Positions 40,580 to 51,803 are shown, counted from the stretch's first letter. The stretch: DNA of 64,000 bases from an uncultured delta proteobacterium (GCA_963827685.1 CAWHBU010000005.1:64001-128000), one strand, 5' to 3'. The notes: generated by a model not told the origin, from the sequence alone. Numbers and translations are program-made.

Positions 40580-40659
40580 GGAAGCAACTATTTTTTTTAG
40601 TCCGGATCAAAATCGTAGGAATTTGTTGAAAGGGGAATCGTTTTCGTTTTGAATAGCAG

Positions 40660-40765
40660 AGCCACGAAGGTGTGAGGTCAGAAGACCTTTTCTCGGTAGC
40701 TTTTTATTGGAACTAAACCACGGAGGTTTGATGTCCCACAGAAGCAAAACCCTTCGTGGTTTTTT
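40660..40765 (+). promoter_or_regulatory. Dual-hairpin attenuator motif, tandem copies 4 and 5
   Basis: 40660..40705 and 40715..40765, upstream of the TonB receptor. Confidence 0.72.
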
Positions 40766-40821
40766 AGTTTATTTCACCATAAGAAAGCGGGTGATAAAAG
40801 ACTTTGGGGAGGAGGTCTTCT

Positions 40822-43020
40822 ATGAAGGGAGTAACAAGCCAGCTAGTTGTAATCATTTTCAGTTTGATTCTCTGTATCTCTACGGGACTGGCGGAAGAGA
40901 TGCAAAAAGAAATAACGCTCGAAGAGATTGTGGTTACGGCGACCAGGACGGAAAAAGAGGCGGGGATGGCACCCGCTTCCACCAGCGTAGTGACAAAGAA
41001 AGAAATCGAAATGCGCAATACCCAGGCCGTTGACGAGGCGCTAGACGATCTCCCAGGAGTTTTTGATAGGCGGAACAAGGGCCTCATGGATACCCAACCC
41101 GGTGTGACGCTGAGGGGTATTCCGGGACAGCAAAGGACACTCATTTTATTGGACGGCATGGCCCTTAACAGTGCATACGACGGGACTGTTACCTTTACAG
41201 GTTTGGCACCAGAGGGCGTAGAGCGCATCGAGGTTGTCAGGGGTCCTTTTTCGAGCCTCTACGGAAGTTATGCGATGGGTGGGGTTGTGAATATTCTGAC
41301 CAAGATGCCGCAGAAAAGGGAGGTTACCCTGAAGGAAGGCTATGGATCAGACAATTATTGGAGTACCTATGGTTCTTACGGGGATAAACTCAAGGATTTA
41401 AGCTTCTTTGTGAGCGCGGGTTACAGATCGACAGCTGGCTACATAACGAATTTCGACGTCCAAAGCCTCAAGCCACCGGCAGGCATTGGCGGATGGTCGA
41501 CGACGAGCAACAACATGGGCAATCTCCGCTACCTGATCGGTGACTCGGGTAAGAATGGATGGTTTGACTACAACGTGACAGCGAAAATTGAATACGATCT
41601 TACGGAGACATCTAAGCTGAGATTTTCCTATTTGAGAATCGAAAGTGGTTATAAGTATGGTAATCCGGACACCTATCTGCTGAATGCTTCCCACAACCCG
41701 GTATTTAGTTATGGCACCGTAAACGAGTCGAGCTTCCTTTCGGGGAATGGGGGTAAGATACAGAACATCTTCAACCTTGGCTATGAAACCAAGTTCTCAG
41801 ATATCAAGGTAAAACTCCTTCTGAGCTGCAATCAGCTGGAGGATAACTGGTACATCACGCCCGGCTCAACTTCGGCGACTACGCAATTCGGAGGACCCGG
41901 CACCCTAGACTCGACTCCATCCATCAACTACAATGCCGACTTGCAGTTCACGGTGCCCCTTGTGCTGCCCATCGTAGGTAAACACGTCCTCACTTGGGGT
42001 GGCTCGTATCGATACGATTCGGCGAATACACAGGAGCATCAACTTTACAACTGGAAAGATGAAAACTCCCAGACCCGGCTCAGTTATCATGCGGGAGGAA
42101 AGGACATGGACTTTGCACTGTTTGCACAGGACGAGATACCGATCCTCAATAACCTTACAGCTTATATCGGTTTCAGAGAAGACTGGTGGAGGGTATTCGA
42201 CGGTTATGCAAATATTGTTGGATCTCCAGGTTACCCGCAGGATTACAGTTCGAGAACTGCCTCCTCTTTCAGTCCAAAAGGGGCACTGGTCTATAACCTT
42301 TTCGAGGGGACTGTCCTGCGGACTTCCGTGGGAAAAGCCTTCGTGGCCCCGACCCTTTATAATCTCTTCAGGACATGGAGCTATTATGGGGTCACCTACC
42401 ATGGAAATCCCAATCTAAAACCTGAAACAAGTTGGTCGTGGGATATCGGTGGAGAGCAGAGGCTGTGGAAGGGAGCCTTGGTCAAGGCCACCTATTTTGA
42501 AAACTATGTAGACGATCTCGTCTATAGGAAAACCGTTGACGCACAGAATCAGGTGTATATTAACGTAGGCAAGGCAGAAATCAAGGGGGTCGAACTTGCG
42601 GCTGAACAAAAGTTTGATTTCGGTTTACGGTTATTTGCCAACTATACTGATAATATTGCTGCAAAGGTCGTAAAAAACAGCATCAACCCAGGGTCCGAAG
42701 GCAAGCAGTTAACCCTTACGCCGAAGGAGATGTTTAACATCGGAGGGGAGTGGGCCATGGGCCCCTTCAGCGCTAGACTTGTCGGAAGATATGCGAGTAA
42801 GCGATACAATGACGATCTCAACCGAGATACGGTCAATCACGTCTACGGCTCGTATGATCCTTACTTCATCGCAGACGTGAAGCTGTCGTACAAGCTAACT
42901 ATGTTCGGGGTTTCAGGGATCGCTTCGTTTGCAGTCGACAATATATTTAATAGGAATTATTTTTCCTACTACAAGGCGCCTGGCAGACAATGGTTTGGTG
43001 ATCTGACTATAAAATATTAG
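40822..43020 (+). CDS. TonB-dependent outer-membrane receptor
   Basis: EIVVTATR, IEVVRGPFSSLYG..AMGGVVNI, NPNLKPE, PGR and a terminal aromatic residue. Confidence 0.95.
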   Translation: MKGVTSQLVVIIFSLILCISTGLAEEMQKEITLEEIVVTATRTEKEAGMAPASTSVVTKKEIEMRNTQAVDEALDDLPGVFDRRNKGLMDTQPGVTLRGIPGQQRTLILLDGMALNSAYDGTVTFTGLAPEGVERIEVVRGPFSSLYGSYAMGGVVNILTKMPQKREVTLKEGYGSDNYWSTYGSYGDKLKDLSFFVSAGYRSTAGYITNFDVQSLKPPAGIGGWSTTSNNMGNLRYLIGDSGKNGWFDYNVTAKIEYDLTETSKLRFSYLRIESGYKYGNPDTYLLNASHNPVFSYGTVNESSFLSGNGGKIQNIFNLGYETKFSDIKVKLLLSCNQLEDNWYITPGSTSATTQFGGPGTLDSTPSINYNADLQFTVPLVLPIVGKHVLTWGGSYRYDSANTQEHQLYNWKDENSQTRLSYHAGGKDMDFALFAQDEIPILNNLTAYIGFREDWWRVFDGYANIVGSPGYPQDYSSRTASSFSPKGALVYNLFEGTVLRTSVGKAFVAPTLYNLFRTWSYYGVTYHGNPNLKPETSWSWDIGGEQRLWKGALVKATYFENYVDDLVYRKTVDAQNQVYINVGKAEIKGVELAAEQKFDFGLRLFANYTDNIAAKVVKNSINPGSEGKQLTLTPKEMFNIGGEWAMGPFSARLVGRYASKRYNDDLNRDTVNHVYGSYDPYFIADVKLSYKLTMFGVSGIASFAVDNIFNRNYFSYYKAPGRQWFGDLTIKY

Positions 43021-43078
43021 CTAAAGACCTGGTTGCATGATTGCTCCCTGACCTTCCCCTGAAAAAGTGGACACATGA

Positions 43079-43936
43079 TTAAGTTTCATTAAGGAGCTTT
43101 TCATACTGCTCTGGGCTCCTGTACCCTAATGCCGAATGACTCCTCTGACGATTATAAAACACTTCCACGTACTCAAAAATACTAAGCCTCGCCTCCAGCC
43201 TTGAACGGTACCGCTCACCATGGACCAACTCCGTCTTGAGCGTGCCAAAGAAAGACTCCACATAGGCATTATCATAACAATTGCCACTTCTGCTCATACT
43301 AGGAGTCATGCCGTATTCTCTTAAAAGCTCCTGATAGGCATAGCTTGCATACTGCCTGCCTCGATCAGAATGGTGGATCAACCCTTCAGAGGGGCTTTGC
43401 CTGCCCACCGCGTCCCTGAGCGCAGCAGAAGCTAGCTCCTGAGAGAGCTTATCGCTCATGGACAGCCCAATGATCTTTCTGCTTTTCACATTCATCACTG
43501 CTGCCACATAGAGCCATCCCTCAGAAGTGGGCACAAACGTAATATCAGATGCCCATACCCCCTCTGTCTGCCTCTGGTCAATCAGTAAGTTTGCAGCCAA
43601 GGCATAATGATGCCGTGAATCGGTAGTCCGCCTGAATCTCTTTTTCTTCACTTCTGCCCATATGGAGTGCTCTTTCATGATCCTGGCTACCCGGTTCTTC
43701 CCACATCTAAGACCCTGCTTATTGAGCTCCGCTGCGATCCGCGGACTCCCATAGAGCCTTCTGCTTTGAGTGTGGATCTCCCGTATGTGCCCCAGCAACT
43801 CCTCATCGTCTTTCTGACGTGTGCTCGGTTGACGCGTCTTCCACGCATAATAACCACTTCTGGATACCTTCAACACTTCACTCATACTCCTTATCTTGTA
43901 GGTCTCTCTGTGCTCTTCTATCAACCGATACTTCAT
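43079..43936 (-). CDS. IS3 transposase OrfB
   Basis: WASDITF, HHSDRGRQY, DNAYVESFF. Confidence 0.93.
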   Translation of the reverse strand: MKYRLIEEHRETYKIRSMSEVLKVSRSGYYAWKTRQPSTRQKDDEELLGHIREIHTQSRRLYGSPRIAAELNKQGLRCGKNRVARIMKEHSIWAEVKKKRFRRTTDSRHHYALAANLLIDQRQTEGVWASDITFVPTSEGWLYVAAVMNVKSRKIIGLSMSDKLSQELASAALRDAVGRQSPSEGLIHHSDRGRQYASYAYQELLREYGMTPSMSRSGNCYDNAYVESFFGTLKTELVHGERYRSRLEARLSIFEYVEVFYNRQRSHSALGYRSPEQYEKLLNET

Positions 43937-44235
43937 CTGTTTCGTTTGGAGAATACGGCCAAGGCTTTTTTTAAAATGTCCCTCTCTTCCTTCACCTTTT
44001 CTAATTCCTTCCGGAGCCCCTTTATTTCCGCTTCCTCTGGCGTTACACGGCCCTTCCCTACGAAGGCTTTATCCCCTTTAGCTAAGAACCTCCTCCTCCA
44101 TAGATGAAGAAGATTGGGATGGATATCAAGCTCTCGGGCCACCTTGCCTACCGGCATCCCTTTCTCTGTGACCAACTGCACTGCATCTCGTTTGAACTCA
44201 CGGCTGAAATGACGATTCTTTTCCCCCATACGCAC
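43933..44235 (-). CDS. IS3 transposase OrfA
   Basis: FSREFKRDAV HTH; ERDILKKA with an A7 slippery run. Confidence 0.93.
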   Translation of the reverse strand: MRMGEKNRHFSREFKRDAVQLVTEKGMPVGKVARELDIHPNLLHLWRRRFLAKGDKAFVGKGRVTPEEAEIKGLRKELEKVKEERDILKKALAVFSKRNR

Positions 44236-44471
44236 CTCCTGTCCAATGATACAAATTCTCAGGTGTGTCCATCAACTCGGGGGAAGGTCACCCAGTAATC
44301 TTCATTTGCTAAAGCACCCGTTGACTGAATAGTAGGTAGGTGAAGTCTCCGTCCCCCCCTCTTCTCTAAACTGCTTCAGAAAGAGTGATTTCTATTCTCC
44401 AAGAATGTGAGATCCAAAAAGCACTCCACGGCTTTACAAATCAGGAAAATTGAAATACATAAATAAAATAG

Positions 44472-45626
44472 ATGACGACGCAGAAAATACTGACCCGTGA
44501 TTTTGTCCTTAATTTCCTGGCTCAATTTGCTTTTTCATTCGTTTCCTTCATTCTTATTCCGACTATTCCGGTCTATCTTTCAAGATTCGAAGCGAAGGCA
44601 GGGGAAATTGGTTTCCTGGTCGGGGTTTTGAGTGTCTCCTCTTTGATTCCCCGGCCCTTCATAGGAAGAGCGCTTTCAAGAATCCCCGAGAGAAAATTTA
44701 TGGTGGCGGGAGCGATCCTCTATATCGTCTCTTCGATCGCCTATCTTTTAGCCCCTCCCTTTTGGCCATTTTTGATTGTGAGAATTTTACAGGGGGTTGG
44801 ATTGGCCTTTTTTTCGACGGCCTCGGTCGCATTGATCGCCAATATTACCTCTGAGAATCGCCGCGGCCAAATTATCAGTTACTATTTTTTGTCCTTCAAT
44901 TTCGCTTTTGCTCTGGCCCCCTATTTCGGGATGGTCCTCATCAACCAATTCAGCTTCACCGTCCTCTTTTTGGTCTGCACTGCGTTATCTCTTTCTACTT
45001 TATTCATCACTCTCAAATTGAGGAAGACGCAGGGTGTTCCGATAGAAAATGAATCGATACAAAATCAGCCCTTCTACAGTCGTGAAGTACTTCCATCAGC
45101 CATCGTGGCATTCTTGCTCAATGTTATCTGGGGAGCCTTGGGTGCCTTTTTCCCGCTGTATGCCCTGCGCCATGGTGTTTCGAACCCCGGGATCTTCTTT
45201 GCTTTTGTGGCCATCACTCTCATCCTGGGCCGTTCTTTGGGCGGAAGAATATTGGATATCTACAGGAGAGAGAAAGTGATCACCCCTTGTCTCATCGTTG
45301 TGATCATTTCCATTGTGATTCTTACCTTTTCCACCACCCTTCCAATGTTTATTCTCGTGGCCATCATCTTTGGAACGGGATGGGCATTCCTCTATCCTTC
45401 CCTCGTCGTTTACGCCGTTGAAAATTCAGGATCTGCACGGGGTCCTGCGATGTCCACCTTCACAGCCCTCGCCGACCTGGGAGCAGGGATCGGTCCGATG
45501 ATCATGGGCCTGATCCTTGAATGGACCAATTATCCGATGATGTTTTTCTTTTTAGCTCTTATCGGAGCCATCAATTTTCTTTATTTCTATTATACGATCG
45601 GGAATAAAAGGAAGAAGGTCGGTTGA
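44472..45626 (+). CDS. MFS transporter
   Basis: About 12 hydrophobic segments; RILQG and ENRRG motifs. Confidence 0.9.
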   Translation: MTTQKILTRDFVLNFLAQFAFSFVSFILIPTIPVYLSRFEAKAGEIGFLVGVLSVSSLIPRPFIGRALSRIPERKFMVAGAILYIVSSIAYLLAPPFWPFLIVRILQGVGLAFFSTASVALIANITSENRRGQIISYYFLSFNFAFALAPYFGMVLINQFSFTVLFLVCTALSLSTLFITLKLRKTQGVPIENESIQNQPFYSREVLPSAIVAFLLNVIWGALGAFFPLYALRHGVSNPGIFFAFVAITLILGRSLGGRILDIYRREKVITPCLIVVIISIVILTFSTTLPMFILVAIIFGTGWAFLYPSLVVYAVENSGSARGPAMSTFTALADLGAGIGPMIMGLILEWTNYPMMFFFLALIGAINFLYFYYTIGNKRKKVG

Positions 45627-45947
45627 ATGATGAATGAGAGAATGCAAGAAGGAATGGCTTGAATATTTTTAGCCCTTCTTAAACAAATGTTGTTTATGCT
45701 TACTTTCTTATTCTGAAGTAATCGGATTTGACATCCGGTTTTGAATCGGCTCCTAGTAGTTTCCTTCCCCTTCCCTAACCTAAATAGGTCAAATTTTAAC
45801 TTCAAATCAATAAACTTACCAGGTGCACTTAACCCCTTTAATTAATTGAATTGTTTGAATTGTTTGATACTTGTCAGTCCATGACGTTTCGTCCTATAAT
45901 GAAACCGGATTTGTTTTCCCGCAGTGCCAGCAAAAGGAGACGATGCG

Positions 45948-47672
45948 ATGGCCCAGCACACCGGCGGATGTATATCCGACGTTTCCGAGTTTCGCGCGTG
46001 GTTCAAGCATTATGATCCGGAAGTCCCTCTGCGACTGACCTATCCACACATTCCGCTCTACCGCCTGTTGGACGAGACCGCCGCCAGGTATTCCGCCAGC
46101 CCTTGCACAAACTTTTTCGGCAAACGGCTCACCTACCAGCAGATCAAAGAACTCTCTGACCGCTTTGCCGCGAGCATTCGCAGCCTGGGCATCCGAAAAA
46201 GTGATCGGGTGGTCCTGCTCCTTCCTAATTCACCACAGTTTCTCGTCACCTATTACGGTCTTTTGAAAGCCGGGGCCGTGATCGTCCCTCTAAACCCTCT
46301 CTCTGCTGAGCGTGAACTCGAATTCTACTTGACTGATTCGGGAGCTGAGGCCGCCATCACGATTCCGCTCTTTCTGAAAAAAGTGGCTTCGCTCAGAGGC
46401 AAGACTCCTCTGAAGCACATCGTCTACAGCCGCCTCGCTGACTTTCTCCCGTTCCCGCTGAACCTCGCCCAAGGGTTCCAGGAGCATAGGCTTATGCGCA
46501 AGCTGGATGGGGCGGCCTTGGTGGATTTCAAAGAATTGTTGAAGCCATCGCTCCCGCCTGATTGGCATCCAGAGCCACTTCAGCCAGACGAGATGGCCGT
46601 GCTGATTTACAGCGGCGGCACCACCGGCGTTGCCAAGAGCATCATGCTTTCTCACTTTAACATTGTAGCCAATGCTCACCAGATCATAGCCTGGGGCCAC
46701 CTCACCGACGAGCAAGGGATACTGGCTGTCCTGCCTCTCTTTCACGGCTTTGGCATGAGCGTTACGATGAACGCGGCAGTGCTCACCGGCGGAGAGATCA
46801 CCCTGGTACCCCGATTTAACGCAAAGCAAATCGCCAGGACCATCCAAAAGTATAAACCCTCCTTCTTTATCGGCGTTCCGACAATGTTTGTGCAGTTAAG
46901 CAACTTGCCGGGCATTCACCGCTACGATTTCAGCAGCCTGCGAGGAATCTTTGTCGGCGCAGCGCCGCTGACCCGCGCCATCAAGGAAGGGTTTGAGGCT
47001 AGCCTAAAAGCCGCGGGCAAGACAGGCGGACGGATGATCGAAGGCTACGGTCTCACTGAAGCGGTGACGGCCATCATGGCGAATCCCTACCAGGGAATGC
47101 ACAAGGTCGGCAGCATCGGCATCCCGTTTCCCGATGTGGATGTCAAAATCGTCAGCCTCGACAACGGCCACGATCTTGCGCCGGGCGAGTTGGGTGAGAT
47201 TGTTCTCAGAAGTCCCACCGTGATGCTTGGCTATTACAAAAATGCGGAAGAAACCCAAAAGACAGTTGTGGATGGCTGGCTCCACACGGGAGATATTGGC
47301 TACGTGGACGAGGACGGTTACTTTTACATCACCGACCGCAAGAAGGACCTCATCATCGTTAGCGGGTTCAACGTCTTTCCGCGCGAGATTGACGAACTGA
47401 CCTATCAACACCCCAAGGTCAAGGAGGGCATCTCCGTGGGCATCCCTGATCCGCGTAAAGGAGAGCGCATCAAGGTCTACATCGTCCTCAAGGATGGCGA
47501 GAGGGCGACACCGGAAGAATTCATCGCCTATTTCAAAGAGCGGCTCACGCCGTACAAGGTTCCGTCCGAGATCGAGTTCCGTACGGAATTGCCCAAGAGC
47601 ATGATCGGAAAAATCCTCCGGCGCGCGCTGCGAGAGGAAGAGGATCGCAAGGCGAAAGAAACTCAGCCGTAA
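45948..47672 (+). CDS. Long-chain fatty acid-CoA ligase
   Basis: YSGGTTG, GYGLTE, WLHTGD, PKSMIGK. Confidence 0.92.
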   Translation: MAQHTGGCISDVSEFRAWFKHYDPEVPLRLTYPHIPLYRLLDETAARYSASPCTNFFGKRLTYQQIKELSDRFAASIRSLGIRKSDRVVLLLPNSPQFLVTYYGLLKAGAVIVPLNPLSAERELEFYLTDSGAEAAITIPLFLKKVASLRGKTPLKHIVYSRLADFLPFPLNLAQGFQEHRLMRKLDGAALVDFKELLKPSLPPDWHPEPLQPDEMAVLIYSGGTTGVAKSIMLSHFNIVANAHQIIAWGHLTDEQGILAVLPLFHGFGMSVTMNAAVLTGGEITLVPRFNAKQIARTIQKYKPSFFIGVPTMFVQLSNLPGIHRYDFSSLRGIFVGAAPLTRAIKEGFEASLKAAGKTGGRMIEGYGLTEAVTAIMANPYQGMHKVGSIGIPFPDVDVKIVSLDNGHDLAPGELGEIVLRSPTVMLGYYKNAEETQKTVVDGWLHTGDIGYVDEDGYFYITDRKKDLIIVSGFNVFPREIDELTYQHPKVKEGISVGIPDPRKGERIKVYIVLKDGERATPEEFIAYFKERLTPYKVPSEIEFRTELPKSMIGKILRRALREEEDRKAKETQP

Positions 47673-47747
47673 AAGGTTAAGGTTGGGGATAATCCCCCTC
47701 CATCCCCCTTTATGAAAGGGAGGCGCCGCCGTCCAGAGCCTCATTAC

Positions 47748-48821
47748 TCACGCAAGCGAGGCATTGGGACTCTGGCGCCGGACGGTGGGGAGGGATTTAT
47801 GGGTTAAATTACCGATTCTCATTCCAATAAGGCGGACTTTTTTCTTCAGTTCAAACTTTTTCAGGCATTCAAAGGCAGCCCTTCTGATCTCCTCCGGGGA
47901 GTCCGTAGATTCGGCAAGGGTCTTTGCTCTCGTGTAGGTTGTGAAATCGCTGAATCTCACCTTCACGGTGATGGTTCGACCCCGATAGCCTTCCTCCTTC
48001 ATACTGACGACAACCTCTTTTGTGAGTTCGGCAAGAGTCTTTGCGATCACCTGCCAGTTGTCCACATCTCTTTGAAAGGTAGTCTCCCTGCTGATCGACT
48101 TGGGTTCCCAATGGGTAACGAGGGGGCTCTCATCAATTCCTTTTGATGCTCCGTAGAGGTAATTTCCATAGGACTGGCCGAACTCCTCAATCAGTCTATC
48201 CAGGGATAATGACGCAAGATCTCCAATCGTTTGAACGCCCTTCTCCTTAAGATAGGCTTCTGTCTTTGGCCCAACCCCCCAGAGCTTTCTTACCGATAGC
48301 GGCCAGATACGGGTCTGGATGTCATCTTCCACAATGATGGTGAGGCCATCTGGTTTCTGCATATCCGAAGCAATCTTTGCGAGAAGCTTGTTCGGTGCAA
48401 TACCAATAGAACAGGTAAGGTCTGTCTCATCCTTGATTCTCTTTTTAATCTCCTTTGCAATCTCCTCTGAAGGTCTGTCAATGGATGAGATATCAAGAAA
48501 GGCCTCATCAATTCCTACATCTTCAATGTCCGGGTTAAATTCTCTGAGGATAGCCTTGACCTCTTCAGAAACTCTTGAATATTCTTCGTAGTCAACGGGG
48601 AGGAAAATAGCCTCAGGGCAAAGTTTATAGGCTGTCCTCAAAGGCATTGCAGAATGAATTCCGAACTTCCTCGCCTCATAAGAGGCCGTTGATACGACAC
48701 CTCTCTTTGTGGGGTCTCCTCCTCCCCCAACGACCACTGGCTTACCAACCAGTTCAGGATGCCTCTTCTGTTCCACAGAGGAGAAGAAGGCATCCATATC
48801 GATGTGAAGAATCCGCCTCAT
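47748..48821 (-). CDS. dinB: DNA polymerase IV
   Basis: ILHIDMDAFF, SYEARKFG, IDEAFLD, KPDG. Confidence 0.95.
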   Translation of the reverse strand: MRRILHIDMDAFFSSVEQKRHPELVGKPVVVGGGGDPTKRGVVSTASYEARKFGIHSAMPLRTAYKLCPEAIFLPVDYEEYSRVSEEVKAILREFNPDIEDVGIDEAFLDISSIDRPSEEIAKEIKKRIKDETDLTCSIGIAPNKLLAKIASDMQKPDGLTIIVEDDIQTRIWPLSVRKLWGVGPKTEAYLKEKGVQTIGDLASLSLDRLIEEFGQSYGNYLYGASKGIDESPLVTHWEPKSISRETTFQRDVDNWQVIAKTLAELTKEVVVSMKEEGYRGRTITVKVRFSDFTTYTRAKTLAESTDSPEEIRRAAFECLKKFELKKKVRLIGMRIGNLTHKSLPTVRRQSPNASLA

Positions 48822-49176
48822 GCCATTCATTCTAACATGCCGTAACAATCATTCATACTCATCGACAACTGAATTTCATAGGTCCCTGAGATCAGATACT
48901 GTATTTCTATCGATAAAATACAGTTTTCACCCCATTTACTTTTTTTACCAATGTTATAGTTTGAATTTAAGGTTCTTCCAGCTTTCGTGTGGGTGGCATC
49001 CCCCTCTTGTAACCCACAAAATACCCGGAAGAGCCGAATTTAATTACCTGGAAAATAGCACCTTGAGAACCTTCCCCCCTGATGGGTGAGGGGAATCGTT
49101 CTATTCTCATCATTCGAGGGTGACGTATCCGTCATGATAAATTGTTTTGATGAGAATCATATTAAAGGAGGGTTTT

Positions 49177-49629
49177 ATGATTTCTCTTGAAATTAATGGA
49201 AAAAAGGTTGAGGTGGATGTCAGTTCCAATGTGCCATTGTTATGGGTGATCAGAGAACACTTAAAACTGCATGGCACCAAGTTTGGTTGTGGGATCGGTA
49301 TGTGTGGGGCATGCACAGTCCATGTGGATGGCAAAGCCCAGAGGTCGTGTATCACACAAGTGGGGAGTGTCCAGGGGAAGAAGATAACGACCATCGAAGG
49401 ACTTCCAGAAGATCATCCAGTAAAAAAGGCCTGGATCGAAGAACAGGTCCCCCAGTGTGGGTACTGCCAAACAGGTCAGATCATGCAGGCTGCTGCTTTG
49501 CTTTTGGAAAACCCGAATCCTACCGACGAGAAAATAATAGAAGCCATGGACGGTAATCTCTGCCGTTGCGGCACTTATCCCTATATCAAACAGGCCATCA
49601 AAAAGGCTGCCCAGGAGGTGAAAAAATGA
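49177..49629 (+). CDS. iorA: Isoquinoline oxidoreductase-like 2Fe-2S subunit
   Basis: [16 protein letters not shown]; QCGYCQ; CRC. Confidence 0.88.
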   Translation: MISLEINGKKVEVDVSSNVPLLWVIREHLKLHGTKFGCGIGMCGACTVHVDGKAQRSCITQVGSVQGKKITTIEGLPEDHPVKKAWIEEQVPQCGYCQTGQIMQAAALLLENPNPTDEKIIEAMDGNLCRCGTYPYIKQAIKKAAQEVKK

Positions 49630-51803
49630 TGAACAAACACATCACCCGTCGTCAGTTTTTACATAAATCTCTGGCTGGTGCCGGTCTGGCAGTGGCGGCC
49701 TCGATGACACCGTCTGGAATCAAGATTTCGAAAGCAGAAGACCTGAAAAAAAAGACAGAGAGTATGTTCAGCCCGAATGTCTGGATAGACATCACACCCG
49801 ATAATATCATAACCGTTGTGGTCAATAAGTCTGAGATGGGTCAGGGAGTCGCGACCTCACTTCCGATGATTGCAGCCGATGAGCTTGAGGCAGACTGGAA
49901 ACAAATACGATTTAAAGAGGCCCCGGGGGGAGATAAATATAAGGATCCGGCCTGGGGAATGCAACTGACGGGAGGAAGCACAAGCGTCATGCACATGATG
50001 GAGCCTCTGCGTAAAGCAGGCGCAACAGCCCGTGAGATGCTTCTGGCCGCGGCGGCCCAGAAGTGGGAAGTTCCTCAAAGTGAGTGTGAGGCCCGTCGAG
50101 GAATGGTACGACATATACAAAGTGGCCAGACCATGACCTATGGCCAGCTCTGCGAGAAGGCATCTAAACTTCCTATCCCGCAGAACCCTCCTCTGAAGAA
50201 AGAAGACCAGTTCAGGTTCATCGGCACCCCAATGGCGCGCTTGGATGTTCCAGATAAAGTCGATGGATCGGCGATCTTTGGAACAGATGTATTTGTTCCG
50301 GAGATGCTCTATGCGGCCGTTGCCCGCCCACCCACCTACGGAGCGAAGGTGATTTCTTACGATCAAGAAGCTGTCGAGAAAATGCCGGGGGTACACAAAG
50401 TGGTGCGTATCGATCGCGGTATAGCTGTCAGTGCAAGTACTATTGATGCAGCCTGGAAGGGGAAGAAAGCCCTCAACGTGAAGTGGGATAAAGGCTCTCA
50501 TCCTGATCTGAACAATGAAACATTGGAAAAGAGTTTTCTCCAGCACCTTAATAAACAGGGCGTCATCGCTCGAAACGAAGGAAATGTGAAGAATGCTCTG
50601 GGTCGTGTTGCCAAAAAGATTGGGGCAACCTATATGTTACCTTATCTGTCCCATGTCACCATGGAACCCATGAACTGCACGGCCCATGTCTCGGGAGATC
50701 GATGCGATGTCTGGGTGCCTACACAGAATCAGTCAGGAGTTCTTCAGGTGGCTGCGAAGATCACCGGATTAAAACCGGAACAGATCCATGTTCATACAAC
50801 CTATCTGGGTGGGGGGTTTGGCAGAAGGTCTGAAACAGATGTGGTCGAGGAGGCTCTTCAGATATCCAAGTCCATTGGAAGACCTGTGAAGTTGATATGG
50901 ACAAGAGAAGAGGATATCCAATATGACTTCTACCGGCCGGGGAACTGCTGCAGGATTGAAGGTGGAATAGATCGGAACGGGAAATTGATGGCATGGTCTC
51001 ACAAGGTCGTTGTCCCGTCGATTTTTGCCCGCGTCTTTCCTCAGATGATGAAATCCGGAATTGACCCTGCAGCGGTTGAAGGAATTGCCAATATGGAATA
51101 TGAGATCCCGAATCTCTATGTGGAGTATGTAAGAATCGATAACCCTATCCCCGTAGGCTTCTGGCGCTCTGTGGGAAGTTCACATAATGCTTTTACGGTA
51201 GAGAGTTTCGTAGACGAGTTGGCCTATGCTGCTAAGAAAGATCCGTTAGAATTTCGATTAAATCTTCTGAAAAATCATCCGAGGCCCCGCCGCGTGCTGG
51301 AAGCGGTGGCTGAAAAGTCCGCCTGGGGAAAACCTTTGAAGAAAGGGCAAGGTCTCGGCATCGCCTATCACTTCTCCTTCGGAAGCCACGTCGCAGAGGT
51401 TGCCGAAGTTTCTGTAAATAAAAAGGGTGGGACGATAAAGGTACACAGGGTTGTCTGTGCTGTGGACTGCGGACCTGAGGTGAACCCCGCCATTATCACT
51501 GCACAGATGACGGGTGGAATCATCATGGGATTGAGTGCGGCATTAAAAGAGAAGGTTGATTTTGACCAGGGAGGCGTGAAAACGGCCAATTTCTACAACT
51601 ATAATGAACTCCGTATGAATGAAGTCCCTGAAATTGAGGTCCATCTTGTAAAGAGCAAAGAAGAGATGGGAGGGATTGGAGAACCGGGTCTTCCTCCGAT
51701 TGCTCCTGCTGTGGCCAATGCGGTTTTCAAGGCTGCGGGTATCCGGTTGCGGAACCTGCCAATGACTCCTGAAACAGTCCTTAAGGCAATGAAGAAGGTG
51801 TAA
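49626..51803 (+). CDS. iorB: Tat-exported molybdopterin subunit (IorB-like)
   Basis: TRRQFL; SEMGQG; TGGSTS; GGGFGRR; FWRSVG; GIGEPG. Confidence 0.88.
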   Translation: MMNKHITRRQFLHKSLAGAGLAVAASMTPSGIKISKAEDLKKKTESMFSPNVWIDITPDNIITVVVNKSEMGQGVATSLPMIAADELEADWKQIRFKEAPGGDKYKDPAWGMQLTGGSTSVMHMMEPLRKAGATAREMLLAAAAQKWEVPQSECEARRGMVRHIQSGQTMTYGQLCEKASKLPIPQNPPLKKEDQFRFIGTPMARLDVPDKVDGSAIFGTDVFVPEMLYAAVARPPTYGAKVISYDQEAVEKMPGVHKVVRIDRGIAVSASTIDAAWKGKKALNVKWDKGSHPDLNNETLEKSFLQHLNKQGVIARNEGNVKNALGRVAKKIGATYMLPYLSHVTMEPMNCTAHVSGDRCDVWVPTQNQSGVLQVAAKITGLKPEQIHVHTTYLGGGFGRRSETDVVEEALQISKSIGRPVKLIWTREEDIQYDFYRPGNCCRIEGGIDRNGKLMAWSHKVVVPSIFARVFPQMMKSGIDPAAVEGIANMEYEIPNLYVEYVRIDNPIPVGFWRSVGSSHNAFTVESFVDELAYAAKKDPLEFRLNLLKNHPRPRRVLEAVAEKSAWGKPLKKGQGLGIAYHFSFGSHVAEVAEVSVNKKGGTIKVHRVVCAVDCGPEVNPAIITAQMTGGIIMGLSAALKEKVDFDQGGVKTANFYNYNELRMNEVPEIEVHLVKSKEEMGGIGEPGLPPIAPAVANAVFKAAGIRLRNLPMTPETVLKAMKKV

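Larger units (their letters stand above)
43049..44290 (-). mobile_element. IS3-family insertion sequence
   Basis: TG...CA ends (tgaccttcccc IRs); 3-bp target duplication ccc. Confidence 0.92.

Noticed and set aside
39400-40820. Cobalamin or Moco riboswitch before the TonB receptor and ECF genes
   Set aside because: No B12-box or other conserved aptamer core seen, and the elements are too short.
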